Shown here piece after piece: positions 9,608 to 19,346 of a stretch of DNA of 64,000 nt (positions are counted from its first letter, which is position 1; each line of letters opens with the position of its first letter). The position numbers were made by a program, and so were the translations under genes. A model generated the notes under the pieces. The model did not search any database. It was not told the origin of the DNA and saw only the letters and a program-made list of their open reading frames with translations. This stretch comes from an uncultured Selenomonadaceae bacterium. Lineage in GTDB: Bacteria; Bacillota; Negativicutes; Selenomonadales; Selenomonadaceae. The stretch spans positions 5,495 to 69,494 of the forward strand of contig CBDTTM010000001.1 of the NCBI GenBank assembly GCA_965363355.1, given 5' to 3'.

Positions 9608-9708
9608 CGTGCTATACGACTGACGGAAGTGGAAATGACCACATGAAGTATAGCAAAGCAAGCCGACCGTCTGGGCAAAAAAGTCCGGGATACGTGGGCT
9701 TTTTTTTA
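9608..9708 (+). promoter_or_regulatory. ZTP (pfl-motif) riboswitch with U-tract expression platform
   Basis: P1 gctatac/gtatagc. Conserved cgACUGaCGGaa, P2 GUGG...CCAC, distal gCCGaCCGuCUGGGCa. Pseudoknot GACGG/CCGUC carries a compensatory change relative to consensus GGCGG/CCGCC. Weak hairpin plus T9 at ~9697-9707. Lies upstream of a purH-type gene. Confidence 0.75.
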
Positions 9709-9735
9709 TATCTTTTGAATGGAGAGAATATAAAA

Positions 9736-10908
9736 ATGAATGAACTCGCATTAAAATACGGTTGCAATCCCAACCAAAAACCAGCAAAAGTCTTCACAAA
9801 AGAAGGAAAGCTTCCTTTTACTGTCCTCAATGGCAAACCAGGGTATATCAATCTATTGGATGCCTTAAACAGCTGGCAGCTTGTCAAAGAATTAGAAGCC
9901 GCAACAAAATTACCTGCCGCTGCATCTTTCAAGCATGTCAGTCCTGCCGGAGCTGCCGTTGCAGTACCTCTATCCGAAACATTGAAGCAAGTCTATTTTG
10001 TCGAAGGTATCGAGCTCTCGCCGATTGCTACAGCTTATGTAAGAGCCCGCGGTGCCGACCGTATGTCCTCTTATGGTGATTTTGTGGCTTTATCAAGTGA
10101 ATGCGATGCCCAAACAGCTTCTTTTTTAGCTAGAGAAGTATCCGATGGCATTATTGCACCTTCATTCTCCCCTGCAGCACTTGAAATTTTAAAAACAAAG
10201 AGAAAAGGCACCTATGTCGTCATCCAAATAGACCCTTCCTTTATTCCACCCTTATTGGAAACAAAAGAAGTCTTTGGCGTCACATTTGAACAACAACATA
10301 ACAACATCCAAATCACGCCAGAGTGCTTGATCAACATTCCAACAAAAAACAAAAACATTCCAATCGAAGCACAGCGTGACCTTCTAATTGCCTTGATTAC
10401 ATTAAAATACACACAATCGAATTCAGTATGTTACACAAAAGACGGGCAAGCGATCGGTATCGGTGCCGGCCAGCAGTCAAGAGTACATTGTACACGTTTA
10501 GCAGGCAATAAGGCTGATGTTTGGTATCTTCGTCAAAATCCAAAAGTCTTGAATCTACCATTTAAAGATGATATTCGCAGACCTGATCGAGACAATGCCA
10601 TTGACGTCTATGTTTCCGATGAATATATGGACCTGCTGTCCGGAGATAATTGGAAACATGCCTTTACAGAAAAACCTGAAATCTTTTCAAAAGAAGAAAA
10701 AATCGCCTGGCTCCAAACAGCAAAAGGCATCTCATTAGGTTCTGACGCCTTTTTCCCTTTTGGTGACAACATTGAGCGCGCCCACAAAAGTGGCGTTGAC
10801 TTTGTCGCTCAAAGCGGCGGTTCGATTCGCGATGATAATGTCATTGAGACCTGCGATAAATATAATATGGCAATGGCCTTCACTGCCATTCGCCTATTCC
10901 ACCACTAA
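9736..10908 (+). CDS. purH: AICAR formyltransferase-only PurH-like protein (no IMP cyclohydrolase/MGS domain)
   Basis: Start trimmed to the ATG at 9736 (RBS ggagag at 9721). 390 aa, MNELALKYGCNPNQ..., SFKHVSPAGAA and C-terminal FxAIRLFHH resemble the PurH C-terminal domain. The N-terminal 78 codons of the ORF-track call cover the riboswitch. Confidence 0.8.
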   Translation: MNELALKYGCNPNQKPAKVFTKEGKLPFTVLNGKPGYINLLDALNSWQLVKELEAATKLPAAASFKHVSPAGAAVAVPLSETLKQVYFVEGIELSPIATAYVRARGADRMSSYGDFVALSSECDAQTASFLAREVSDGIIAPSFSPAALEILKTKRKGTYVVIQIDPSFIPPLLETKEVFGVTFEQQHNNIQITPECLINIPTKNKNIPIEAQRDLLIALITLKYTQSNSVCYTKDGQAIGIGAGQQSRVHCTRLAGNKADVWYLRQNPKVLNLPFKDDIRRPDRDNAIDVYVSDEYMDLLSGDNWKHAFTEKPEIFSKEEKIAWLQTAKGISLGSDAFFPFGDNIERAHKSGVDFVAQSGGSIRDDNVIETCDKYNMAMAFTAIRLFHH

Positions 10909-10910
10909 AC

Positions 10911-10954
10911 AAAAAAAACCACGATTCGGGCTTTAGCCCAATCGTGGTTTTTTT
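10911..10954. terminator. bidirectional intrinsic terminator
   Basis: Hairpin ccacgattcgggc-ttta-gcccaatcgtgg flanked by an A8 run and a T8 run. Confidence 0.7.
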
Positions 10955-10955
10955 A

Positions 10956-11561
10956 TTATAAGGATATCCGTAAGGTTTCTTCTAAAAAATCACTGTTGAA
11001 AAAACCTTTCTTTTCTGCTTTGGGTTTGGCAATCGACTTACTGTTATCGATTACAGCCTGATACACTTTTTCCTCGACGCTGCCCGGTACTAAATCTTCC
11101 CAATGTAGTGCGTCATACGGCCTTTGTTGCACTGTATTCGTGGGACGACCCGCTACCTCTAACTCGCACAGAAACTGTATCTGCCGCTTTTCCGGCCGGA
11201 TATAGTAATGTTCCAGCAAATAGGTCTCTGGGTAGCTGTATTCCTTATCAGCTGAGCTCACAAGCTTGACCCAAACGTCCAAAACCTGCTCTTTGCTTTT
11301 ATTGGGAAGATTTATCCATCGTGCCGATGGTTTATCCAAATAATATTTATAATCGTCATCTTGCAATATTTGCAAGAAACGATCAGCAGATTTATCATCG
11401 CCTTTTTTAGCGGGTTTTCCTTTATCCGCTGATGAACTTTTTAATAAAGTTCCCGAATCTGATGTATCTTTGTTGACGACAGTCGTATCTGCTGCAAAAC
11501 AAAGCCCGCTAAAGCTGACGCAGCACAGCATTATCAAAATTCCTTGCTTTATCATAATCAT
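10956..11561 (-). CDS. secreted hypothetical protein (signal peptide, Lys/Asp-rich linker, ~130-aa globular domain)
   Basis: N-terminal MIKQGILIMLCCVSFSGLCFAADT signal-like sequence. I recognise no family motif. Confidence 0.5.
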   Translation of the reverse strand: MIMIKQGILIMLCCVSFSGLCFAADTTVVNKDTSDSGTLLKSSSADKGKPAKKGDDKSADRFLQILQDDDYKYYLDKPSARWINLPNKSKEQVLDVWVKLVSSADKEYSYPETYLLEHYYIRPEKRQIQFLCELEVAGRPTNTVQQRPYDALHWEDLVPGSVEEKVYQAVIDNSKSIAKPKAEKKGFFNSDFLEETLRISL

Positions 11562-11587
11562 TCACCTATTTTTCCGCCCTAAAAGCA

Positions 11588-12493
11588 TTATTTTTTCTGT
11601 TTCGGAATAACCATACTGACCGTAATGTAATCTTCCGACTGCTCTTGCTTAACTTCAACTTGCAATCCGGATTTTTTCATTTGTTTCGTCAGTTGATTGA
11701 TCGTATTTAAATATATGCGGACATCACGAACGATGCCTACTACTTTTTTCTTCGATTTTTCTTTAGGTGCAGCAGTTTCAAGCATTTTTTCGATAAACTG
11801 CTCTGTTTCACGCACATTCATTTGTTTATCGATGATTTCAGCCAAAGCCTTAACCTGCATTTCTTCCTGCGGTAATTTTAACAGAACTCTAGCGTGTCGT
11901 TCTGTTAAACCTGCTGAAAAAATCTGTCCGCGAATCTGCTCTGTCAATTTAAGCAGACGAAGCTTATTGGCAATCGTCGACTGACTTTTTCCCATGCGCT
12001 TAGCCAGCTCTTCTTGCGTAAAAGCAAAAGTCGCCATCAACTTAGCAAACCCCTCTGCTTCTTCCAAAAAATGAAGGTCTTCCCGTTGCAAATTTTCAAT
12101 CATTGCAATTTCAGCAGTCTCTTTATCCTCCATTTTTTTTACAATAACCGGAACTTCGACCAAGCCTGCAAGCTTAGATGCTCTTAATCGTCGTTCACCG
12201 GCAACTAATTCAAACCCCTGCTCGCTTTGGCGTACTAATAATGGCTGAATCACACCATATTCGCGGATTGAGGCTGCTAAATCCTCAAGCGCTGCCGGAA
12301 GAAAATTTTTTCTTGGCTGAAAAGGGTTTGGAACGATTGCATCGATTGGCACAATCTGTATATCCTGTTTATCTTCAACTGCATCGATTTGTATATTATC
12401 TATTTCCTTTGGTTCCAGCACTGCTTCGGCTTGAGCCGAATTTTTTTCCTCTATATCTGAAGCCATGCCAAACAATCTGGCTAATCCTTTCAT
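11588..12493 (-). CDS. noc: nucleoid occlusion protein Noc (ParB paralogue)
   Basis: ParB fold (LVAGERRLRAS). HTH GKSQSTIANKLRLLKL...TERHAR matches B. subtilis Noc rather than Spo0J. Lies directly downstream of rsmG, as in Bacillus. Confidence 0.8.
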   Translation of the reverse strand: MKGLARLFGMASDIEEKNSAQAEAVLEPKEIDNIQIDAVEDKQDIQIVPIDAIVPNPFQPRKNFLPAALEDLAASIREYGVIQPLLVRQSEQGFELVAGERRLRASKLAGLVEVPVIVKKMEDKETAEIAMIENLQREDLHFLEEAEGFAKLMATFAFTQEELAKRMGKSQSTIANKLRLLKLTEQIRGQIFSAGLTERHARVLLKLPQEEMQVKALAEIIDKQMNVRETEQFIEKMLETAAPKEKSKKKVVGIVRDVRIYLNTINQLTKQMKKSGLQVEVKQEQSEDYITVSMVIPKQKK

Positions 12494-12574
12494 TCATACA
12501 CCGCCCTCAATAAAACATATGACCATCATAATAATATTCGGTTGGTCAACCAAAAAATCCTTTTTCCTAGCAAC

Positions 12575-13291
12575 TCATAACGGATTTTTTTCCGGAGTTC
12601 CTGCCTTTCGCGGATATTGCGAAGGTGTTTTTTGCACTTTTTTTATATAAATAACGGCTCGACTGTCATCTATACCAGGAAGTTTTACTGGCACGACCCG
12701 TTCAATTCTCCCACCAAGCAGGAATACGGCTTTTTTAGCTTCTTCCTCTTCTTCTTTATACTGCATTCCTTTAAGAGCGACAAAATAACCGCCAACCTTA
12801 ACAAAAGGCAAGCAATATTCGCAAAGCACTGGCAATCTTGCTACTGCACGCGAGACGGCGATATCGAAGCCTTCCCTATACAACTTATTACGCGCACCCT
12901 CTTCTGCTCGTGAGTGGATTGCTGCGGCGTTTTTAAGCTGTAGCGCATTTATGACCTCTTGTAAAAAATTCACCCGTTTTTTCAATGAATCCAATAGCGT
13001 CAAATCTATATCATCCCTAAAGATTTTAAGTGGTAAACCAGGAAACCCTGCACCCGTGCCTACATCAATTACACTGGCGCCCTTTTTAAAGATATCTTCT
13101 TGCCAACAGCTCAAAGAATCAATCATATGTTTTACAGCTACCTGTTCTGGTTCTGTAATCGCCGTAAGATTCATCCGTTCGTTCCAGTCGATAAGAAGCT
13201 CGTAGTACAATGTATAGGCTTTTATCTGTTCATCCGTCAGGTTGCAGCCATATTCATCTGCGGATTTTTTCAATATTTCGGCAAAAATCAT
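12575..13291 (-). CDS. rsmG: 16S rRNA (guanine527-N7)-methyltransferase RsmG/GidB
   Basis: SAM motif [21 protein letters not shown] start/stop overlap with mnmG. Confidence 0.9.
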   Translation of the reverse strand: MIFAEILKKSADEYGCNLTDEQIKAYTLYYELLIDWNERMNLTAITEPEQVAVKHMIDSLSCWQEDIFKKGASVIDVGTGAGFPGLPLKIFRDDIDLTLLDSLKKRVNFLQEVINALQLKNAAAIHSRAEEGARNKLYREGFDIAVSRAVARLPVLCEYCLPFVKVGGYFVALKGMQYKEEEEEAKKAVFLLGGRIERVVPVKLPGIDDSRAVIYIKKVQKTPSQYPRKAGTPEKNPL

Positions 13292-15171
13292 TTTTTCACC
13301 TCTCTACGACATTGCTCCAAATAAACCAATAAAATCGAAATATCCGCTGGCGATACACCAGAAATACGTCCGGCTTGTCCAACCGAATGGGGCCGAATAG
13401 CAGTCAGCTTTTCTCTGGCTTCATCTCTTAAACTAGGCACGATTTGGTAATCGATATCTTCCGGCAATATTTTTTCTTCTAGTTTTTCCATGCGTTCTAC
13501 TTGTTCTAGTTGCTTTTTTATATAACCTTCATAGACAACAAAGATCTCCACCTGTTTTTTCACTTCTGATTCAAGTTCTGGCAAAGAAAAAACCGATTGA
13601 AGCAAATCATACGTAATTTCAGTCCGCTTCAACAGATCATATAACGAAGTTGTCGTTCGAATTGGTGATGAACCTATTTTTACAAGCTTCGCCTGGACAT
13701 CCTGACTTGGATTCACTAAAGCATCCTTCAAGATTTCTAAAGTACGATCTATTGCCTGACGCTTATTCACAAAGCGTTCATAACGCGAATCCGATACTAA
13801 CCCAACATTACGGCCTTTTTCTGTAAGGCGAAGATCTGCATTGTCTTGACGAAGCAGCAGCCGATATTCTGCTCTTGACGTCATGATTCGATACGGTTCC
13901 TGTGTGCCTTTTGTGACTAAGTCATCAATCAAGACCCCTAAATAGGCCTCAGACCGTTTTAAAATCAAGGCATCTTTTCCTTGTACCTTCATTGCCGCAT
14001 TGATACCAGCGATAAGACCTTGTGCCGCTGCCTCTTCATAGCCTGATGTCCCATTTGCCTGCCCCGCTGAAAACAAACCATTTACTTTTTTGAATTCCAA
14101 AGAAGATTTCAACTGCAATGGGTCGATACAATCATATTCTATAGCATACCCTGGACGCATGATTTTTACGGATTCCAGCCCTGGAATCGTTTTTAAAAAT
14201 TCCATCTGCACATCAATCGGCATACTCGTAGACATTCCCTGTACATACATTTCTTCTGTATTAAGCCCCTCCGGCTCCAAAAACAATTGATGCTTTTCTT
14301 TCTCCGGAAAACGAAGGACTTTTGTTTCAATTGACGGACAATACCGTGGCCCTATTCCCTCGATCATGCCATTTGCCATCGGTGCCCGATGCATATTATC
14401 CCGAAGAATTTTATGCGTCTCTTCATTTGTATACGTCAGCCAGCAAGGAATCTGCTCCCTAGTCTTTTCATCGCTCATAAAAGAAAAATTATGTGCTTCA
14501 TCGTCACCCGGTTGAATCAACATCTTACTAAAATCAACCGAACGACGATCTACTCTTGCCGGGGTTCCTGTCTTAAAGCGCATCAAGTCTATTCCGGCAG
14601 CCTGCAAAGAAGCGGACAGCTTTTCTGCGGAACGCTGTCCGCTAGGCCCCCCACTATAGGTAGATTCACCGATAATGATCTTACCTCTCAAATACGTACC
14701 CGAAGCAAGCACCGCACATTGGCATTCATAAATCTCACCCGTCTCGATTTTAACGCCTTTGACTTTTCCATTTTCCAATAAGATCTCATCGACCAAAAGC
14801 TGTTTGACGTCGAGATTTTCTTGCAGTTCACACGTTTCCTTCATTGCAAATTGATAAAGTTTTTTATCAGCTTGTGCGCGAAGCGCATGTACCGCCGGAC
14901 CCTTACCAGTGTTGAGCATGCGAAACTGTATACATGTCTTGTCTGCATTGATTCCCATTTCGCCGCCAAGAGCGTCCAGTTCCCTGACAAGATGCCCTTT
15001 AGCCGGTCCTCCTACAGAAGGGTTACATGGCATCATAGCAATGTTATCAAGGCTCAAGGTAACTAAAAGAGTCTGACAGCCAATCCTGGCTGATGCCAGT
15101 GCTGCCTCTACCCCAGCATGCCCTGCTCCTATTACAATCACATCATATTTCCCTGCAACAAACACAATCAT
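13288..15171 (-). CDS. mnmG: tRNA uridine 5-carboxymethylaminomethyl modification enzyme MnmG/GidA
   Basis: FAD motif [12 protein letters not shown]. Start trimmed to the ATG at 15171, just after the mnmE stop (a GTG at 15165 is also possible). 627 aa. Confidence 0.9.
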   Translation of the reverse strand: MIVFVAGKYDVIVIGAGHAGVEAALASARIGCQTLLVTLSLDNIAMMPCNPSVGGPAKGHLVRELDALGGEMGINADKTCIQFRMLNTGKGPAVHALRAQADKKLYQFAMKETCELQENLDVKQLLVDEILLENGKVKGVKIETGEIYECQCAVLASGTYLRGKIIIGESTYSGGPSGQRSAEKLSASLQAAGIDLMRFKTGTPARVDRRSVDFSKMLIQPGDDEAHNFSFMSDEKTREQIPCWLTYTNEETHKILRDNMHRAPMANGMIEGIGPRYCPSIETKVLRFPEKEKHQLFLEPEGLNTEEMYVQGMSTSMPIDVQMEFLKTIPGLESVKIMRPGYAIEYDCIDPLQLKSSLEFKKVNGLFSAGQANGTSGYEEAAAQGLIAGINAAMKVQGKDALILKRSEAYLGVLIDDLVTKGTQEPYRIMTSRAEYRLLLRQDNADLRLTEKGRNVGLVSDSRYERFVNKRQAIDRTLEILKDALVNPSQDVQAKLVKIGSSPIRTTTSLYDLLKRTEITYDLLQSVFSLPELESEVKKQVEIFVVYEGYIKKQLEQVERMEKLEEKILPEDIDYQIVPSLRDEAREKLTAIRPHSVGQAGRISGVSPADISILLVYLEQCRREVKK

Positions 15172-15176
15172 CACTC

Positions 15177-16559
15177 CTATTTTCCAATGCAAAATTGACT
15201 AAAAATCTGATCTATAATATCTTCACCGACTGTATCGCCAGTTATCTCTCCTAATTTTTCCCATGAGCTGCGTAAATCAATCGATATGAAATCGACAGAC
15301 ATACCATTATTTACCGTTGTCAATGCCTCTGCCAAATGAAGATCTGCCTGGCGAAGGATTTCAGCTTGACGAACACTATTGACAAAAGCTCCATCGCCCT
15401 GGCTGATGTTGCTGCCATAAACAATTTTTACGATAGCCGCTTCAAGTGCCGCAAGGCCTGTTTCAAGAACTGTCGATATTTCTATGATATCATGCTCACC
15501 CGCAGCTTCACGGATTTCTTCTAGGGGAAGCTTACCGTCTAAATCCATTTTGTTGATCAAAATCAATGCATCCTTATCGCGGACAAGCTGCAATATTTCA
15601 CTATCTTCTGCGGATATTTCCCGGGAAAAATCCAAGACGACCAAAACCAGTGCTGCTTGTTCGACATAAGCTCTTGCTTTTTCAACGCCGATTTTTTCAA
15701 CAAGGTCTTCTGTTTTTCGAATTCCAGCTGTATCGATGATTTTTAATGGAATACCGCTAATATTAGCATATTCTTCGATACTGTCGCGCGTCGTCCCCGG
15801 AATATCCGTAACAATCGCTCGATTTTCCCTTAATAAGGCATTGAGCAGGCTCGATTTTCCGACATTCGGTTTTCCTATAATAGCCGTTTCTAGTCCATCT
15901 CTCAATATTTTGCCCGTCTTCGCTGTAGCTAAAATTGCCGCCAACTCCATTCGAAGTTCCGTAACTTCATCCGCAACGTTTTGCGTCACGACATCATCAA
16001 TATCATCCTCTGGAAAATCAATAGCTGCTTCCAAATGAGCAATCATGGCTAAAATAGAATGGCGCAAGCCCTTTATTTTTTCAGAAAAATGCCCTTGGAG
16101 ATGACCTTCTGCCAATCGTAAGGAAGCTTCGGTCTTAGCCTGGATGATGTCCATAACGGCTTGCGCTTGAGACAGATCCAGCCGTCCATTCAAAAAAGCA
16201 CGCTTCGTAAATTCTCCTGGTTCAGCTAACCGAGCACCGGCCTTAAAAGTCAGCGCCAGTATTTCCTTAAGCGGCATGATGCCTCCATGGCAATGTATTT
16301 CAACTACATCTTCTTTAGTATAAGAATGCGGCGCATACATCGGCAAACACAGCACTTCATCGACAATTTCTCCGGATTCCGGATAGATGATCTTTCCATA
16401 AGATGCTTGATGCGATTTTATTTCCCGCAACGTCTTTCCACTTGCTGCCTTAAATATTTTTTCGGCTACAGCCACTGCCTTTTCTCCACTGATCCGAACA
16501 ATGCCGATTCCGCCTTCTCCCATAGCTGTCGCAATAGCGCTGATTGTATCCGCCTGCAT
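15177..16559 (-). CDS. mnmE: tRNA modification GTPase MnmE/TrmE
   Basis: G1 [16 protein letters not shown]-terminal CIGK. Start trimmed to M21 (ATG at 16559) behind RBS aagaggaagggg. Confidence 0.9.
   Translation of the reverse strand: MQADTISAIATAMGEGGIGIVRISGEKAVAVAEKIFKAASGKTLREIKSHQASYGKIIYPESGEIVDEVLCLPMYAPHSYTKEDVVEIHCHGGIMPLKEILALTFKAGARLAEPGEFTKRAFLNGRLDLSQAQAVMDIIQAKTEASLRLAEGHLQGHFSEKIKGLRHSILAMIAHLEAAIDFPEDDIDDVVTQNVADEVTELRMELAAILATAKTGKILRDGLETAIIGKPNVGKSSLLNALLRENRAIVTDIPGTTRDSIEEYANISGIPLKIIDTAGIRKTEDLVEKIGVEKARAYVEQAALVLVVLDFSREISAEDSEILQLVRDKDALILINKMDLDGKLPLEEIREAAGEHDIIEISTVLETGLAALEAAIVKIVYGSNISQGDGAFVNSVRQAEILRQADLHLAEALTTVNNGMSVDFISIDLRSSWEKLGEITGDTVGEDIIDQIFSQFCIGK
15615..15630. 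other. Noc-binding-site-like palindrome TATTTCCCGGGAAAAA (15/16 to TATTTCCCGGGAAATA)
   Basis: Read directly from the sequence, inside mnmE. Confidence 0.45.
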
Positions 16560-16746
16560 AATCAAAACCCCTTCCTCTTTATAAAATCCACCATGTAGTC
16601 TTTCAAATTCCGCAACCAAACGTTATGATAATTTTCTTAATCATAACAGATTGGGCCATTACAATTCCACAGTTTATTCTTTTCAAAAAAAATAGAGCTA
16701 TCCCAAATAAAAATTTGAGACAGCCCTTTCACAGTTCTCCCACAGC

Positions 16747-17391
16747 TTACACTTTTCTGCTATTATGCTTTATATCAATTACTACTTTACGATATGGTTC
16801 TTCACCATCGCTATAAGTCATAACACGATGATTATCCTGTAAAGCTGTATGGATGATTTTTCGTTCATGCCTGTTCATCGGCTCCAACACGATTTTTTCA
16901 CCCGAATTCTTTACCCGGTCAGCTAAACGAAGTGCTAGGCGGCGTAAAGTTTCTTCCCGACGGCTTCTATAATTTTCCACATCAAGTATAATGCGGACTT
17001 TTTCTTCTGACAAATCTCGATTCGCTGCTAGATTTGTCAGATACTGCAATGCATCTAACGTCTGGCCGTGTTTGCCAATCAATATACCCAAATCGTCACC
17101 AATCAGATTAAAAACATTGCCATCTTCATTGTCGCGATGTTCTACTTGAACTTCAAGGTTCATCTGTAAAAAAATCTTTTGTAAGAACTCTTCTGCTTTT
17201 TCAAGCGGAGAAAGTTCCTTGACTGTAACTCTGATTTTGGCGAGTTTGCCGCCGATAAGTCCAAAAAACCCCTTTGTAGGTTCCTCTATTATTTCAAACG
17301 AAATACGGTCCTCAGGTAAGTTCAAATCTGCAAGAGCCGCATCTAATGCTTCTTTAACAGTTTTACCGGTTTTTTCAACGACATTCGCCAT
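16747..17391 (-). CDS. jag: RNA-binding protein Jag/KhpB (Jag_N + KH + R3H)
   Basis: C-terminal R3H-type block EPMNRHERKIIHTALQD. Start trimmed to M18 (ATG at 17391), adjacent to the yidC stop. Confidence 0.85.
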   Translation of the reverse strand: MANVVEKTGKTVKEALDAALADLNLPEDRISFEIIEEPTKGFFGLIGGKLAKIRVTVKELSPLEKAEEFLQKIFLQMNLEVQVEHRDNEDGNVFNLIGDDLGILIGKHGQTLDALQYLTNLAANRDLSEEKVRIILDVENYRSRREETLRRLALRLADRVKNSGEKIVLEPMNRHERKIIHTALQDNHRVMTYSDGEEPYRKVVIDIKHNSRKV

Positions 17392-17393
17392 GA

Positions 17394-18047
17394 TCAGGCA
17401 GCCCCCTTTTTCACATTGCTGTCTCCACGATACATCCACCATTGCTGCAAAATCTGCATAATATTACTGATTACCCAATAAATTACCAGACCTGCCGGGA
17501 ACGTACAACTGATCCAGCCGATAAAGAGCGGCATGAAGATCATCATCATCTTCATCTGCTGATTTGCTTCTGAAGTTGTTTGTTTCTGTTGAATAAATGT
17601 CGTCAATGCCGAAAGAACTGGCAATATGTAATACGGATCCGCATCCGACAAATTCGTTACCCACAAAAACGAAGGATCGCCCACATAGTCAAAAGCTTTT
17701 AAGGCATAAAACATCCCCATGAGAATCGGCATTTGTGCTACCAATGGTAAGCAACCCGCCAATGGATTTATACCCGATTCTTTATAGAGCTTCGCCATTT
17801 CTTTTTGTAAGATTTCTGGGCTCTTTTTATATTTTTCCTGCAATTTTTTCATTTCTGGCTGCATGTCCTGCATACCCTTCATCGACTTGACCTGTTTAAT
17901 CGTGAGTGGATACAGAATCATCTTGACGACAATCGTCATTAAAATAATAGCTATCCCATAGCTTTCAAAACCGAGCATCGAACTAAACTGAAAGAAAAAA
18001 CCTAAAATATCCTGAAGCCAGCCAATAAATGTATCAAAGATACCCAA
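17394..18047 (-). CDS. yidC: membrane protein insertase YidC/Oxa1 family (short form)
   Basis: KQVKSMKGMQDMQPEMKKLQEKYK and GINPLAGCLP motifs, with multiple TM segments. Confidence 0.85.
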   Translation of the reverse strand: MGIFDTFIGWLQDILGFFFQFSSMLGFESYGIAIILMTIVVKMILYPLTIKQVKSMKGMQDMQPEMKKLQEKYKKSPEILQKEMAKLYKESGINPLAGCLPLVAQMPILMGMFYALKAFDYVGDPSFLWVTNLSDADPYYILPVLSALTTFIQQKQTTSEANQQMKMMMIFMPLFIGWISCTFPAGLVIYWVISNIMQILQQWWMYRGDSNVKKGAA

Positions 18048-18077
18048 AACATCACATCCTAATAATTGTAATCTCTA

Positions 18078-18287
18078 TCATTCAACAGGGTCATACCCGC
18101 CTTTATGAAACGGGTGGCATCGCAAAATTCTTTTCACAGCCATCCATCCACCGCGAAAAGCCCCATATTTTTCAACTGCAATCAATGCATATTCCGAACA
18201 CGTCGGAATATAACGGCAAGAAGGCGGCTTCAATGGCGATATAAACATCCGATAAAATTTTATCAGCAATATAAACATTCGCTTCAT
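18078..18287 (-). CDS. yidD: membrane protein insertion efficiency factor YidD
   Basis: [11 protein letters not shown] motif, 69 aa. Confidence 0.85.
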   Translation of the reverse strand: MKRMFILLIKFYRMFISPLKPPSCRYIPTCSEYALIAVEKYGAFRGGWMAVKRILRCHPFHKGGYDPVE

Positions 18288-18644
18288 TCAATCCGCCTCT
18301 TGCCCATAAATCTTAGCTTTTCGCCCTAAAGCACGAAAAGCTTTTTCTATGACAATATACTTTACTTCTGTCGCTGCTTTTCTGCCAACAAGCAAAATAC
18401 TATGTTTTTGCGTCAGCAAATCCTGATTCAGCCTATAGGCTTCCCGTAACAAACGCTTCACTCGGTTACGAGTAACCGCATTCCCCAATTTTTTTCCGGC
18501 AGCAAAACCTACTTTGCTCTGCGCATTATTTTCCGCAAAAACATACAGCACTAAATACCGATTCGCATACGAACGTCCATAACGATAAACTTTTTGAAAT
18601 TCTTTATTCTTACGCAAAATCCGCCGCTTCGGCAATTTATACAT
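18288..18644 (-). CDS. rnpA: ribonuclease P protein component
   Basis: Basic 118-aa protein with GNAVTRNRVKRLLREAYR (RNR motif). Confidence 0.9.
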   Translation of the reverse strand: MYKLPKRRILRKNKEFQKVYRYGRSYANRYLVLYVFAENNAQSKVGFAAGKKLGNAVTRNRVKRLLREAYRLNQDLLTQKHSILLVGRKAATEVKYIVIEKAFRALGRKAKIYGQEAD

Positions 18645-18669
18645 TTCTAATCCTCATTCCGCTAAATGG

Positions 18670-18694
18670 AAAAAATAGGTCACCGGAGTGACCT
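18670..18694 (-). terminator. hairpin plus T-run between rpmH and rnpA (attenuator/terminator)
   Basis: Minus strand reads aggtcac-tccg-gtgacct followed by atttttt. Confidence 0.5.
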
Positions 18695-18698
18695 AATA

Positions 18699-18833
18699 TT
18701 AAGCCGACAGTTTTTTTCTGCCTCTAGCACGTCTTTTCTTTAAGACAAGACGACCACCTTTAGTCTTCATGCGTTCACGGAAACCATGGGTTCTTTTCTT
18801 CCAAAGCGTATTTGGTTGAAAGGTTTGTTTCAT
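18699..18833 (-). CDS. rpmH: 50S ribosomal protein L34 (absent from the ORF track, below the length cutoff)
   Basis: Hand translation gives [44 protein letters not shown], 44 aa, the canonical L34 sequence. Confidence 0.9.
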   Translation of the reverse strand: MKQTFQPNTLWKKRTHGFRERMKTKGGRLVLKKRRARGRKKLSA

Positions 18834-18918
18834 TGTTTCAACACCTCCTTACCACAATAAAAAAAACGTTTTCGGTCAAAATTACAATTCTATTAATCAC
18901 AAATTTTAACTATATGAA

Positions 18919-18947
18919 ATTATAGACTACACGGCCACTAGTGTCAA
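18919..18947 (-). promoter_or_regulatory. consensus sigma-70 promoter for rpmH-rnpA (TTGACA-17-TATAAT)
   Basis: Minus strand reads cTTGACActagtggccgtgtagtcTATAAT. Confidence 0.7.
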
Positions 18948-18977
18948 GATTTTTAGACGAAGATACGAACTGAAGAT

Positions 18978-19299
18978 TGTGGATATTTTCGTCTTTTTTA
19001 TCTTTTCTCTATAAATATTGTTGATAACTTCCCTCTATTTTGGTAATATAACTTTAGCTACTTATCCACATTTCCACATAAGTCTATGGATTTATACCCA
19101 TTTTCTTAAGTTTATTAACAATATAGTCCACTTATACACATATTTATCCACAAAGATGTAAATTGCAAATATGCCACTGTATACAAAGCCTCGAGAATAT
19201 TTTAGTTTTTCGATTTTGTATTTTTTTTCGCCTTTTTACCTTTTCCACTGAATAAAGATATCCACAGTTGTGCATAAAATTGTGGATATCTTATCCAGG
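18978..19299. other. oriC: oriC upstream DnaA-box cluster (incA/B-like)
   Basis: Perfect TTATCCACA at 19062-19070 and 19144-19152. One-mismatch boxes at 18978, 19132, 19258 and 19281. A two-mismatch box at 19291. Confidence 0.8.
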
Positions 19300-19346
19300 T
19301 GTTGATAATTATTGTTCATATCTTATTTTCAGAAAGGATTTTTTTA

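Noticed and set aside
9502-9735. N-terminal 78-codon extension of the purH-like ORF
   Set aside because: This stretch contains a good promoter, a ZTP riboswitch fold and a U-tract. A strong RBS precedes the internal ATG at 9736, which starts the conserved MNELALKYGCNPNQ sequence.
19268-19346. Upstream extensions of dnaA (ORFs starting at 19268 and 19299)
   Set aside because: They run through DnaA boxes. The conserved DnaA N-terminus [14 protein letters not shown] begins at the ATG at 19347, which has an RBS.
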